Origin: Mobula hypostoma
Lineage: Eukaryota
Reading direction: 5' to 3'
Assembly: GCF_963921235.1 (NCBI RefSeq)
Contig: NC_086108.1
Coordinates: 46,812,001-46,876,000 of the forward strand
Length of the DNA: 64,000 nucleotides
The notes under the pieces are model-generated. The model was given only the letters and a program-made list of their open reading frames with translations, was not told the DNA's origin and ran no database searches. Each line of letters starts with the position of its first letter. Positions within the stretch are counted from its first letter, which is position 1. Positions 1 through 13,361 of the stretch are shown in pieces. Position numbers and translations under genes: made by a program.

Positions 1-420
1 GATGCCATGAACATCGATTTCTCCAACTTCTAGTAATTTTCCCCTCCCCCTTCCCACTTCTCCCCACTAAGAACTCTTACCACTTCTCCTCATCTGCATT
101 TCACCTCCCCCGGCACTCTCCTATCAGATTCTTTCTTCTCTAGCCCTTGCCTTTTCCACCTTCCATCTCCCAACTTCTTACTACATCCCTCACCCCCATC
201 CTCCCAACTTCATCTGTTACCTTTCAGCTTGTCCTCCATCCCTTCCCCCCACCTCTTATTCTGGCATCATCCCCCTTTCCTTTCCAATCCTGAAGAAGGG
301 ACTCAGCCTGAAACATCGACTGTTTGTCCATTTCCACAGATACTGCCTGACCTGCTGAGTTCCTCTAGCATTTTGTCTGTGTTGCTCTGGATATCCAGCA
401 TCTGCAGAATCTCTGTGTTT
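1..420 (+). mobile_element. Penelope-like element, 3' end and pLTR (degenerate)
   Basis: Starts with the GIY-YIG C-terminus (MNIDFSNF), then a pyrimidine-rich tract and the ctga.gaaggg..gaaac..gact pLTR motif. Confidence 0.75.
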
Positions 421-777
421 AGGAAAAGTACATGGTTTTTCCACAAAGTGCACAGTTATCATTGCAGTTGGGCCCAAACTCAGAATAACAAGACTGTGTG
501 TAGGACTCTGCATTTATACTACCCGGCTGGTTTTGTCCAGTATTAAAACAATGCTATTCCATCAAAATTATTCAATGCTATTTCACTTATTTTTTCATTA
601 TAAGGAGAAATCCCATCTGAGCAATGGCATACTTTTACCTATATTATATTTGCTGCTAATGCTTCAAAGGAAAATGATAAGTATAATTTATACATTACAA
701 TGCATCACTACATCTGAAATTTGAATGCTTGTTCATGTATTACCAATAATGTTCCAATGCTACAAAAAACAAAATTG

Positions 778-1420
778 CAAACACGAGGAAATCTGCAGAT
801 GCTGGAAATTCAAGCAACACACACTAAATGCTTGTGAACACAGCAGGCCAGGCAGCATCTACAGGAAGAGGTACAGTCGACGTTTTGGTCTGAGACCCTT
901 TGTCAGGACTAACTGAAAGAAGAGATTAGAAAGTGGGAGGGGGAGGGGGAGATCCGAAATGATAGGAGAAGACGGGGGGTGGGGGCGGAATGGAGCTAAG
1001 AGTTGGAAAGTTGATTGGCAAAAGGGATACGAGGCTAGAGAAGGGAGAGGATCATGCGACGGGAGGCCTAGGGAGAAATAAAGGGGAGGGAAGCCCAGAG
1101 GATGGGCAAGGATTATAGTGAGAGGGACAGAGGAAGAAAAAAGAGAGAGAGATAGATAAATAAATAAGGGATGGGGTACGAAGGGGAGGTGGGGGAATTA
1201 ACGGAAGTTAGAGAAGTCAATGTTCATGCCATCAGGTTGGAGGCTACCCAGACGGAATATAAGGTGTTGTTCCTCCAACCTGAGAGTGGCTTCATCTTGA
1301 CAGTAGAGGAGGTTGTGGATAGACATATCAGAATGGGAATGGGACGTGGAATTAAAATGTGTGGCCACTGGGAGATCCTGCATTCTCTGGCAAACTAGGA
1401 GATCCTGCTTTCTCTTTGTT
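778..1420 (-). mobile_element. Penelope-like element, 3' fragment
   Basis: DLPVATHFNS...LRLEEQHLIFRLGSLQPDGMNIDFSNFR (GIY-YIG C-terminus) plus pLTR. Confidence 0.85.
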
Positions 1421-1500
1421 TGCACCTCCAGCCCAGAAATAACATCATCTGCTAACTTTATATACCACATGGCAAATTATTTCTAGGTTGCAAAACAGAC

Positions 1501-1622
1501 CTGATTTTGGCAAGAAGCTCTCCTCGTTCCCCACAATCCACACTAATCTGACGAATAAGCTCATGGAACACAAGATTATAAATGTTTTGCTCCTTTTTCA
1601 CCAGGTCCAGCAAATGATGGAT
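1501..1622 (-). CDS. AXDND1: AXDND1 coding exon in the axonemal dynein light chain domain: [40 protein letters not shown](R). The gene continues beyond the left edge of the window.
   Basis: Acceptor tttgcatag|ATC, donor CAG|gtctgt. The ELIRQ.S.DC.ERG.LL motif is typical of the p28/DNALI1-like dynein light chain domain. Confidence 0.93.
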
Positions 1623-1809
1623 CTATGCAAATAAAGAGCACAATTGAAATAGAGATAAACAGATGGTAAGTATGATGATACTATTCAATTTGTTAACTGC
1701 TGCAAGAGCCTTTAATAATCTTATAATCTTAATTAATATTTTATTTCAACAATCACAAAGGTGTAGTAGATTTCCTTTTTACTTCACGCCAAAGTCAATG
1801 GAACCCACA

Positions 1810-2400
1810 GTCAGAATCGGAGAGGATTCTGGAGCCATTGAACAGTACAGCATGGATATGGATCTTTCTGCCCAACACGTCCATGCTGATCACAGTGCCC
1901 ACCCAGCTCATCCCAATTTCCTGTGCTCGGCCCATATCCCGGCAAGTGTTTCTTAAACGATATCACTGTATCTGCCCCAATCACTTCTTCTAGCAGTTTG
2001 TTCCACATATTCACCACCCTCTATGTGGAAATGTTGCCCCTCAGATCCCTTTTATATCTTTCTCCTCTTTCCCGAAAAATATGCCCCTTATTTAAGATTC
2101 CTGTGGAAATGATTGTTACCACCCATCGCATCCATAACTCTCATAACTTTAAACTTTTGCACAAGGTCACCCCTCATTCTCCTAAGTTCCAAGAAATAAA
2201 GATCCGACCTGGCCAACCTCTTCCTATAATTCAGGTTCTCTGGTCCTAGCAACATCTTCATAAATTTTTTCTGCACTCTTTCCAGCTTAACTACATCTTT
2301 CTGATAACAGGAGTGACCAAGTCCTTTCAACAAACTACTGCATGTACTTGTACTCCTAAGTCCCTCTGCTCCATTACACTTCTTAGTGCCCTAACATTCA
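1810..2400 (-). mobile_element. CR1 LINE 3' fragment
   Basis: KDVVKLERVQKKFMKML...LELRRMRGDL, the CR1 ORF2 C-terminal motif. Confidence 0.8.
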
Positions 2401-2622
2401 AGTCTACTGCCAATATATTTTACATTTAGCACCAGCACCTGAGGATGAATTTCTACCCCACATACATATCGATTGTAAGCAGTCAAGGCATTTCAAATTG
2501 CTCCTTCTATATTTGCATTGTTTTTCATATTAACGTAATTAAAATATTGTTATTCTCTAAATTTCGTCTATTTGATGATCCTTAGTGATAACATGAATAA
2601 AACTTCATCTTTATATGAAGAA

Positions 2623-4770
2623 TGATGTGTATTTAATATTTCAGTGATATTGTAAATTGTTTGATTAAACATTCTTGTTTAGTTAAATAATTGATTGCAG
2701 AATGCTTTAGTTTTCATAAGCAAAATTAAAAGGAGGGGGAGTTGACTTCAGAATACATGGCTGAATTGAAGAGATTGTCTGAGCATTCTCAATTCAGTGA
2801 AGGGCTTGACGATGCATTGGAATCTTACAAGAAAGTATTCAGAAACAACTACTAACTGAAGTACTCACATTTAAAAGAACAGTTGAAATCAGTGTATCAA
2901 TAGAAACTGCAGGCATAGACTCAATTAAGTTTCAGTAAGGAATGAAAGTGAGCGTGCACAGAATTGCAATGTTTAAAGACAGGTCTCCCAGGCTAGATAA
3001 ACTGGGGTACCATTGTGACAGAGGCTCATGACAAGTGCGAAGGTTCACAGGTTTAAAGGCAAAACTTGCAGAAAATATAACGAAGTAGGACATATACAAA
3101 GAGCATGTCGAGCATACAAAAATAAATGAAAAAGTGAAGTTGCAGTTTCAAAAAGAGCACTAATCTGCATGCCGTTGACGAAAAATCTGATAACGATGAG
3201 GGTGACACAGGACTGGGAAGCCTTGGGATTTACAATGTGAACATTAACAAGAGACAAGCAATGTCGCTTACACCAGAAGTGAAGAGCAAATTTATTAAAA
3301 TGGAATTGGACACCGGCTCAGCTCTTTTAGTTATTTCATAAAGTAAGTTATTCCACAAACTGAAACCTGCAGATATCGAACTAAAAACTTATACTGAAGG
3401 AAAGTTAACTCCTGTGGGAAAGACATTCGTAACAGTGAAATACAATAACCAACAAGCCACATTGGGCTTAAATGTGGTAAAAACAAGAGGGCCAGTATTA
3501 TGGGGACATGATTGGCTGAGACAACTACAACTTGAGTGGAGATCCATCCACCAGTTGCATGCCACATCCCCTGTTATAGTGTGTACTGAAAGTGAATTAA
3601 TGTACTGGGTGATGCCACAGCAGTGTTGAAGAGTGGCATTGAAAAACATACGTATCAAGGGTAAAAGAGTGTTAATTGAAAAAGCCACATCCAAGTTTTA
3701 CAAATGCCGTATGGTTCCTTATATCACCCATGATAAAGCAGCCAGTGAGCTAGGTCACATGCATAGTGAAGGAATTCTTGCCAAGGTTGAGTAGAGTCTA
3801 TGGACAATGCCAGTGGTCCCAGTAATCAAGATGAATAGGTCTTTCAGGACCTGTGACAAACTTAAGATCATCCATCAACCCAATAATGAAAGTAGATCAA
3901 TATCCTCTGCCCAGAGAGAGGACATCTTTGCAAACCTTTCAAGAGGAAAACAATTCAGTAAAATGGGCATAACTGAGGCCTAACTACAGATGGAGATGGA
4001 AGAAGAGTCCAAAGTGCTTATCACCATAAACACTCACAAAGGGCTTTATCACTATAATAGGCATATTTTTGGAGTAGCATCTGCACCTGCACTCCAGCAT
4101 AAAGTTATGGACCAGGTGCTGCGAGTCTGCCAGGCAGTCAGTGCTACCTAGATGACATCATTGTTAACAGTGAGGATGACAATGAAAATCTCCAAAATCT
4201 CAGGATTTTGTTAAAAAAGATTAGAACATTATGGACTCAGAGCATGATGCAAGAAGTGTGAACTCTTTAAACCAAGCTTCACTTACTATGGTCCATTGAC
4301 GCATAAGCATTACACAAGTGTGCTGAGAATATTCAAGCAGTGGTGGATGTTCCAAGGCCAAAGGACCTGTCACAGTTCTGGTCCTTTATAGGATTTGTCA
4401 ATTACTATAACAGGTTCCTGCCTAACCTGGCTACTGAGCTCCACCCCTTAAACTCATTACTTCAGACCGGGAAGAAATAGCAATGGACAAAGCTATTGAG
4501 ATGGCTTTCCAAAAGGTGAAGGAAATGGTGACTTCAGACACTGTACTCACACATTATGATCCACATTGTCCAGTGAGTTTTTCCTGCGATGCCTCACTTT
4601 ATGATATAGGTGCAGGCATATCAAATGATCTGTTGTGTATTTAATATTTCAGTAATATTTAAGTAATATTGCAAACATATTGTTTGCTTAAGTATTCTTG
4701 TTCATTTAAATAATTCATTATGAGTTATATGTAAAAGTATGTGAATAGCATGGAGTTACAAAACATAACA
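2623..4770 (+). mobile_element. Internally deleted Gypsy LTR retrotransposon
   Basis: Related LTR remnants at 2623 and 4631-4770 (TG...CA). Protease MELDTGSA near 3300, RT CYLDDI near 4142, RNase H start CDAS. Flanks aagaa/gagaa resemble a TSD. Confidence 0.8.
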
Positions 4771-5043
4771 GAGAACATTAGGAAATTTCCAGGACGATAG
4801 GAATCTGAAATCTCCGAGGAATGGCCCATTAAAAATCTATCTATTAATATACAGAGAACAGCACAGTTGCTGATTTATGGGTTTATTTTGCGCATCCCTG
4901 TTTTAATTGCTCATCACTTCCAGCTTTATCTTTGGCTACCTCAGCAATGAACTGCTGAAATCTTCTTAATCCTTGCCAATTTTTACCAAAGTGTTTCATA
5001 AACCCTATTTCAGAACCCTACTTACTTCTTCAACCAAAGTTTT

Positions 5044-5383
5044 GTGTACAAGATAAAAAGAGGAATAGATAGAGTGGATAGCCAGCGCCTCTTCCCCAGG
5101 GCACCACTGCTCAATACAAGAGGACATGGCTTTAAGGTAAGGGGTGGGAAGTTCAAGGGGGATATTAGAGGAAGGTTTTTTACTCAGAGAGTGGTTGGTG
5201 CGTGGAATGCACTGCCTGAGTCAGTGGTGGAGGCAGATACACTAGTGAAATTTAAGAGACTACTAGACAGGTATATGGAGGAATCTAAGGTGGGGGCTTA
5301 TATGGGAGGCAGGGTTTGAGGGTCGGCACAACATTGTGGGCTGAAGGGCCTGTACTGTGCTGTACTATTCTATGTTCTATGTT
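5044..5383 (+). mobile_element. CR1 LINE 3' end
   Basis: TRGHGFKVRG...FFTQRVVGAWNALP, followed by a (ttctatg)n tail. Confidence 0.9.
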
Positions 5384-5908
5384 TATACTGGAGAAAGAGT
5401 TGGCTGGGATTAAGAAAACCTGCTCAAATTTTTAAAATATCACTGATAAATTAAATCAATCCTACACAACTTAAATTACTTGCCTCTTAAACCTTTAACA
5501 CATCAACCTTCCAAAACTTCAGCAAGACATTTCTACTTTAGCTTGTTGCTGAATTTCATGTCAATCATGACAGTGCATAAGAAAAACTACTAAAGTTAGA
5601 TTGAAAACAAACATTCTTATTATATTACTATAAAACTCAATATCTTTGTAAATATCTTGCTATGTGACTGTGTCAAATTTTTGTTCAATAATAGTCCTGT
5701 GAAGTTCCTTGGGGTATTTAACTGCAAGAAGCTCACATTATTGTGTAAAATGTAAGATGCTAGAATCATAAGCATCATACAGCATGGAAAAAGGTTTTTA
5801 GGCCCAACTTAGTTGGATAAAATTGATAATAACTAATTTATTTCCTAAAATTATCTTCTTATAATGTTTTTTCAGTCTGAACTACAGTTTCTGCCATTCT
5901 CACAATAC

Positions 5909-6020
5909 CTGAGTTTCGTCTTTTAATTCCTGTTTATCATCTTCATTAAACCCAACTTTCTCTAACATATCATCCATCACTTGTGACAGCTGAATGGCCT
6001 CAGCTCTTCCACTGGGTTTC
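5909..6020 (-). CDS. AXDND1: AXDND1 coding exon: KPSGRAEAIQLSQVMDDMLEKVGFNEDDKQELKDETQ
   Basis: Acceptor ttttcttcccag|G, donor CAG|gtattg. Matches recalled human [23 protein letters not shown]. Confidence 0.92.
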
Positions 6021-6384
6021 CTGGGAAGAAAACAATGGTCTAATTAAAGAAATGCTTGAACAGCAGTTCAGATTTCCTCTGAGCAATGGTAACCATTTGT
6101 TCAATAGGATGAAGGAAACCAGCGATGGAGCATAAAATGGTTTAACACATGTTTACTAGTGTAACAAATGAAGATTTATAATGGGTTACACTTCCTCCCA
6201 GATATGGGTTTTGTTCCTTAAGCTATTAGTTATCCAGTCAGTTAACATGTCAGAAAAATTACGTGAATCAAGTTCCAGGCAAAAATATGCAAAGTTTTTC
6301 CCATAAGTCTGCTTTGTTTATTCACTGTCGTACTATTTAATCACATTTCCCAATTTGCCTCAGCCAAAGACATTGTTCCTTATC

Positions 6385-6556
6385 ATGCCATTTGGTATAT
6401 CAGGTGGGATTTTTGCCGCTTCCACTTATGAGGCCAAGTTGCTAGCTCAACGCACAAGCCAGCACAAATGGAAAGTGTGCGAAGGGCTGGCCGGACTCGA
6501 ACCCAACACAATTCGCTCGAAGTCCACTGCTAATATCACTACATCACCGGCCAGCT
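6385..6556 (-). mobile_element. tRNA-derived SINE
   Basis: Minus-strand head with an A-box-like motif and B-box GGTTCGAGTCC. Confidence 0.6.
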
Positions 6557-6655
6557 AACCTCAGCCAACAGATCCCGCATAACTACTTAAAAGTTTAGAA
6601 CTCCAGTTTCATGATATCAATGTGAAATTCTATAGTACTATCTTTTATATAATAT

Positions 6656-6992
6656 TGTGACGCTCTGGGAAGGGGGAGCGTGGTTGACAGTCCGCCCCTG
6701 CATTTCTAATGACCAGTACTGTTTATTGTTTCTGTGTTAAAATGCTTTTGTGTGATTATGATGGGAAGTTCCAGTTCACTTAATGTTACATTTTAGCTTG
6801 GGTTATACATGGGTTTTGCTTGTGTATTTTGTGGGTCACCCTAATTTTAACCGGGGTGTGTGATGGTCTGTATGAGGCTGGGGGGGGGTTCACTCTCCGG
6901 GTCATGGTGCCCAGTCTGTTTTGTGTTTATCACAATAAAACAGCTGTTGAGTTAACAAACTTCCTGTCATTATGGACCAAATGCTCACCACA
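6656..6992 (+). mobile_element. Possible solo LTR
   Basis: TGTGA...CCACA ends and an internal AATAAA. No clear TSD. Confidence 0.4.
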
Positions 6993-9415
6993 ACGCTTCT
7001 CTTTCTTGAATATAGCTTACTGTTGGGTTATTAATTAACCTGGAGACATGGCAAAAGACAATAAAGTAACCCTGTTTCTGCAAAAAAAAGCACTGTAATT
7101 GCTCTCTTTGATTTTGTGAACTTCAAATTAGTTTTACCAATAAAATGGAGAAAAGGACATGCAAAGAAACGTTTGGAGATGGGCAGGATAGATTTGCTGG
7201 CTGCTGTGAAACTGTAGGCATCTTCTGATGCCTGGGAACTTGGTTCACATAATTTTTCTGACATGTTAACTGACTGGGTAATGAACCGTTTACAAGAACC
7301 AAACGATTAAAATCACTTGAGGGTTTTATCAGGATCACATCTGTTTACAATGTAAAGAAATAAAAGCCAGGATGGTATTACAAAATTATTCATAGTCTTT
7401 CCCAATCAGAATCCCTGGATAGATCAAGAGATCCGCATTCTACTGAAGGTTAGATTGGTGCTGTTCAGCACTGCCGATGCAGGAAAGTGCACAAGGCCCA
7501 GGTATGGAAAGCCTTCTCAGATATGAAGTGGCAATTCCAGACCAAACTTGAATCACAGAAGGATGCTCAACAGCTGTGGCAAAGTTTGAATGCCATTGGA
7601 GGGTAACGTAATGGGTGAAAGACGACACATGTAGTTCATAATAGAAACTGTTCTACATAATTCACAAACACCATCATTGAGTTGTGTTCACTTTAAGAGA
7701 TGGCGTATGATGTAATGTTGTCAGCATGAGGCAACTGCTTTTGGTTTGCTTGTATATGAAGTAAAGGATTGTGGCTTGTGTTAAGCAAATAAAATGACTC
7801 TCAAATGATTTATTTACAAAATCCTACATTGGTGACCCCGACGCTTGCAGACAATGTCAGAGTTACTCAACGGCATGTCGATCAACATAGTCGCTTTGAA
7901 GCTGCTGGAGTTTGGGAGCAGCACACTGCTGTGTGGGTTGCACAGGGAGAAGCCAAGTTTGCACTGCAAGAAATTACTGTGGACAATACCAAATTTTACT
8001 ATGTCGTAGCACTGTGAAGTAGTTCCACTGTAGCCAGAGTGCTGAGTCTACTAGACTCACCCACCTGCACGTGATAAATATGTCACTCTGAAAACTCATC
8101 TACTACAGACGTTTGGACTGACTGAGTTTGAGTGTGCCAAACAGTTGCTCTCCTTGCCCGGCCTGGGTGACTCCTGACGAAGGGTCTCGGCCCGAAATGT
8201 CGACCGTACCTCTTCCTAGAGATGCTGCCACTTTTATGTGTGTTGCTTGAAATTCCAGCGTCTGCAGATTTACTCATGTTTGCGTTGCTAAAATAGCTGA
8301 TTGTCTACACTCAGCCAAGCAGAGGTGCATCTTTCCTCCTCCTTTCTCTGTCTCAATAAGCCCTGTCAGCAGAGCCTCCAGCACACTAACGCCCTCAGCT
8401 CTGAACCAGACAAAACCGAGCCTTTGTTTTTACCACAGACGCTTCAGCACAAATGCTAAGAAGTGACGACCGCCAATCAGCTTCAACAATGGCAGCGCAT
8501 TGGGACATCAGAGGTCTGTGAACATGGTGGGTTCCAGCTGTCAGGGTCATCTATTTTTCATTATAGACACCCTTTCAGGGCAACACTTCCTATGTGACAC
8601 AGGCACTCAAAAGTGTGTGCTGGCAGAATCGCCCATTGATTATGAGGCAGCGAGCAACAGACCCTCAATCAAGGCCGCCAATGGCAGCAGGATCTGGACT
8701 TATGGGACACAACACATGGGACTTTGTCTTGGCTAAAGTTGCTGGACCTCTGCTCGATGCAGATTTCCTGTGTGGCAAAGGACTGTTAGTAGATCTTAAG
8801 AACTGCCAGCTTGTGGATGCATAGCTTTGGGTCTTTAACCTGTACACTCAGTAAATTCCCCACAACAACTCTGTCTGGCATATGCTCCACCACATGTGAA
8901 CTGACTCGCCTGCTGGGCAAAATCCCAAACAACACAAAGCACACATTTTCCACTACAGTTACAAAGCAAGAAGGTCCAGCATTACATTTCCACGAATGGC
9001 TCGCCAGCCCATGCCCGTGTGCGTGTAAACGGGACTCAGAAAAGCTGGACAGTGCAAAGGCTGAGATTACTAACATGGAAATGCTTGGGGTTGTACACAG
9101 GTCAAACAGCCTTTTGGCTTCACCCCTCTACAAGGTCCCTAAGCCTGATGATGGTTGTCATCCATGTGGCTATCACCACCTCCTTAAATAGGTCACCACA
9201 CCCGATCATTACCCAGTCCCACATATTCAAGACTTTTTGGCCAGGAAATAATTTTTTCTCAAGTGGAATTAGCCAGGGGCTACCATCTGATGGCTGTGTG
9301 CACAAAAGATTTTTCCAAAACTGATGTTTTAACCCTGTTTGCCCTATTTGAGTTTCTGTGCATGCTGTGTGGGCTGAAAAATGCAGCACAGACTTTCTAA
9401 CAACTAATGGAAAGT

Positions 9416-11347
9416 TTCTTTAGTTTTCTCATCTTTATTTTCATTTTGCAAATAACTGGTATATGGCTGCTTCCACAGTCTGCTCCAGGATAGCTCTTTG
9501 ATTGAGTTATCGAGTTTTTGAATCTGTTATTGATTGTTATGTAGTCGATTTGATTTTTGTTGTTCCCATCTGGGCTTCTCCATGTCCATTTCCTTCTCAG
9601 ATGTTGTTTAAACCAAGTGTTGGTGATTATCTGATTGTTTGTTTTACACCATGATATAAGCTTTTCTCCTCTTTCATTTCTTTCTCTCAATCCCTGGTCT
9701 CCAACAATATGGTCTTCTCTTCCCTCACCAACTTTTGCATTGAAGTCGCCCATGACAACGATGGCTTCTTGTGATTTGCATTCTTCTAGTGTTGTGTCTA
9801 GGGACCAGACAGCATCCATCAGAATAGAAGGAGAAGTGAGTGAGTATGTGAATATCATGAGAGGAGTCAGGCAACGTTGTGTCTTTTCGCCAGACTTATT
9901 CAACCTGTATAGTGAAGATATCTTGAGAAGTATAAAAGAAACATAGAAGCATAGAAAATAGGTGCAGGAGTAGGCCATTCGGCCCTTCGAGCCTGCACCG
10001 CCATTCAGTATGATCATGGCTGATCATCCAACTCAGAACCCTGTACCAGCCTTCCCTCCATACCCCCTGATCCCTTTAGCCACAACGGCCATATCTAACT
10101 CCCTCTTAAATATAGCCAATGAACTGGCCTCAACTGTTTCCTGTGGCAGAGAATTCTACAGATTCACCACTCTCTGTGTGAAGAAGTTTTTCCTAATCTC
10201 GGTCCTAAAAGGCTTCCCCTTTATCCTCAAACTGTGACCCCTCGTTCTGGACTTCCCCAATATCGGGAACAATCTTCCTGCATCTAGCCTGTCCAGTCCC
10301 TTTAGGATTTTATACGTTTCAATCAGATCCCCCCTCAATCTTCTAAATTCCAACGAGTATAAGCCTAGTTCATCCAGTCTTTCATCATATGAAAGTCCTG
10401 CCATCCCAGGAATCAATCTGGTGAACCTTCTTTGTACTCCCTCTATGGCAAGGATGTCTTTCCTCAGATTAGGGGACCAAAACTGCACACAATACTCCAG
10501 GTGTGGTCTCACCAAGGCCTTGCACGAAAGACTTCAAAGGATTCACAATTATAAGTAACATCAGATATGCTGATGACATCATACTAATAGCTGACTCAGA
10601 AACAAAACTTCAAGAACTACTCACTATAGTAGCAGCAGAAAGTAATCGCAGAGGCCTCTCAATCAACACCAAGAAGACAGAAAGCATGGTCATCTCCAGA
10701 AAGACAAACATCCCACAATGTGTGATCAGGATCGGAAATACAAACATCAAACAAGTCAACAAATTCAGATATCTTGGCAGCCTAATAACAAGTAATGGCA
10801 GGTGCAACACAGATATTAAATATAGAATAGCAATGGCAAAAGAAGCTTTCCAAAAACTGAAGACCATATTAACAGACAGAAAGATGAGCACGTACACTAT
10901 AAACAGAATACTGCAGTGCTACATTTATTCTATCCTGACTTACAGAAGTGAATGCAGGACCATTTCTCCAGCAATGGAAAAGAGACTAGAAGCAGCTGAA
11001 TTATGGTTCTATAGGAGAATGTTAAAAATATCATGGACTACACACACATCAAATGAAGAAGTTCTCAGAAGAGCCCAAGCAGTTCGATCACCCATACCAA
11101 CAATAAGAGAAAGACAACTCAGATTCCTAGGACACATCATGCAGAAAGATGAACTAGAAAAACTCATACTCTCTGGAAAGATTGAGGGGAGTAAACCTAG
11201 AGGAAGACCTTGGCTTATGTACATCAAAAGCATAGCCAGGTGGCTACACATCGAGGAAATGGAAGTCATCCAAAAAACGAAGGATAGATCTACATGGAAA
11301 GCCATGTTCACCAAAGTCCACATCGGGTATGGTACCTAGACAGACAG
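9416..11347 (+). mobile_element. RTE-clade LINE with 5' inversion (endonuclease part inverted at 9416-~9801, RT and 3' part forward)
   Basis: Minus-strand GDFNAKVG..NQIDYI..GADCGSSH; plus-strand GVRQ.CVFSP.LFN and RYADD; (caga)n tail; TSD aatggaaagt at 9406-9415 and 11348-11357. Confidence 0.88.
9939..10523 (-). mobile_element. Young CR1 LINE 3' fragment inserted in the RTE
   Basis: VRPHLEYCVQFWSP...FFTQRVVNL with a microsatellite tail. The RTE frame resumes across it (RSIK|DFKG). Confidence 0.9.
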
Positions 11348-13325
11348 AATGGAAAGTGTGTTAAAAGTTAGATTTTCTTTTTGTTTACCTAGACGAACAC
11401 TTATTGCCAGCTCCAAAAACATTGGAAACCAAACACTTCTCATAGTTCGGCACACTTTTCAAGCACTTGAGCCAACATGGCTAATTATTAACCCCACTAA
11501 GTACCAGTTCACATTGTCTACTACTGACTCTCTCAGCCACTGCAACTCCACAGAAGGTGCAACACCCCTGCCATCAAAAGTCGTCACTATTATGGACTTT
11601 GCATTGTCCCACACTACCAAAGCACTGCAAGGGTTTTTAGGTATGGTGAATTTCTATCATTATTTTGTTCCAAGAGCTGCTGACTTTATGCTCCCCTTGA
11701 CTCAAGCCCTTAAAAGGCAGTGCCCTTAATCACATGCTTAAGTGGTCTGCGATTGAATAGAGCATTTGCCGACACCAAATGAGCCCTTTAGAATGCAACC
11801 CTGGTGGTGCACATGCTCCCCATGCACCTACAGTCATCACTACCGTCGCCTCAGTAGAGGCTGTGGGTCCCATGCACAAACAGTTGGCCACTCACCTTCT
11901 TCAGCCGGCAGCTCCGCCCACTTCTCCCCCACCCAAGAGGAAGTACAGCACATTTGACCGCCAGTTTCTCAGTTTCTATTTGGCCATCTGCTGCTTTTGT
12001 TTTCTACTGGATGTCAGCGTTTCACGGTGTTTGTTGACCACAAATCCCTCTGCACGGCAGCAATGCCACCTGGCCTACATTTCAGAATTCACGTCTGACA
12101 AACAGCACATCGAAGGGAAATACAATGCTCTGGCTGATTGCCTCTCGTGGCCCACCAGCGATGCAACACACATTGGGGTTGACTATGCCGGCATGGCAGC
12201 TGACCAAGCTCCCACCCAGAGGTCCAGGCTCACAGGACAGCTGTCACCAGCCTGCGGTTGGTTGACATCAACTTCAGGGACACAGGAGTTTCTCTCCTGT
12301 GCGATGTCTCAACCTATCACCCTCGCCCCATCGTGCCTGCAAACTGGAGGTGCACTGTTTTTAACTCCATTCATGGGCTCTTGCATATGAGCAGGAAGAC
12401 TTCACAGAAACTGGTTGCCTTAGGAAGGACGCCTGAGACCAGAGTGCAGCCTGTATTATGTGTCAGCGGGTGAAAATTAACTGTCACGTTTGAGCACCAT
12501 TGGCCTCTTTGACGGTCCCTGAGCGATGGTTTGACCATGTCATTATGAACCTGGTAGGTCCATGGTTTCACACATCTTACCGCGGTGGATCGTACCACCA
12601 GGCGGCCAGAGGTTGTCACTCCAGCATTGACGACAGATGACGGCTGCAGACATGGCTCGGGCATTCATCAAAACCTGGGTCCCTCAGTTCAGCACCCTCT
12701 CTGATATTTCTTCCGATCACAGCCCCCTATTCATGTCAGACCTCTGGGCAACAATGACCCACAACTTTGGCATTAGGTTACATCACACCAAGGCATATCA
12801 CTTACAGTCCAACGGCCTGCATGAGCAGTTTCAAAGCTGCTCTGAGCACCTCCCTCACAGACAAGTGTTGACACAATCATCTCCTGTGGGTCCTGTGAGG
12901 TTCAGAAAAGCTCACAGAGAGGACTGGCAATCCTCTGCAGCTGAGTTGGTGTGTGGGCAGCTCCTATGGGTGCCGGGTGATTTTATTCCTGATACCACAA
13001 ACACCTGGTTGGCGTCTCATCAGCATTCTGCCCTCCTCAGTAAACTCAATTCTTTTACACCTATTCCTACCTCCCGTCATGGCAAACAGCACTTTTGGGT
13101 TCCCGTTGACCGACATACTACCTCATTCATTTTTTGTCCACCATGATGCACATCAACACCCCCTTAAGCCCCCTTACAATGGATGGCCTGTTCCAGTTTA
13201 GGATGTGTAAAGCTGGATATATTTCTATAACAACAGGAATTCTGCAGATGCTGGAAATTCAAGCAACACACATCAAAGTTGCTGGTGAACGCAGCAGGCC
13301 AAGCAGCATCTATAGGAAGAGGCGC

Positions 13326-13361
13326 AGTCGACGTTTCAGGCCGAGACCCTTCGTCAGGACT
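13326..13361 (-). ncRNA. Minimal hammerhead ribozyme motif, sense to the AXDND1 pre-mRNA
   Basis: Exact reverse complement of the 14147-14182 motif. Confidence 0.75.

Larger units (their letters stand above)
6231..7281. repeat. Inverted repeat pair of about 50 bp (6231-6281 and 7229-7281) bounding a possible MITE
   Basis: ccagtcagttaacatgtcagaaaaattacgtgaatcaagttcc recurs as a near-perfect reverse complement, with TA just outside each end. Confidence 0.6.

Noticed and set aside
6486..6556. tRNA gene
   Set aside because: The cloverleaf is degenerate and continues into a SINE body.
7123..7342. Exon-like minus-strand ORF with an acceptor (MILIKPSSDF...)
   Set aside because: The flanking AXDND1 exons already join as FPSM-KPS, matching the human protein without it, and it overlaps an inverted-repeat arm.
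10503..11339. 278-aa ORF as a functional protein
   Set aside because: It is an RTE RT C-terminus fused by chance to the edge of a CR1 in a truncated, rearranged copy.
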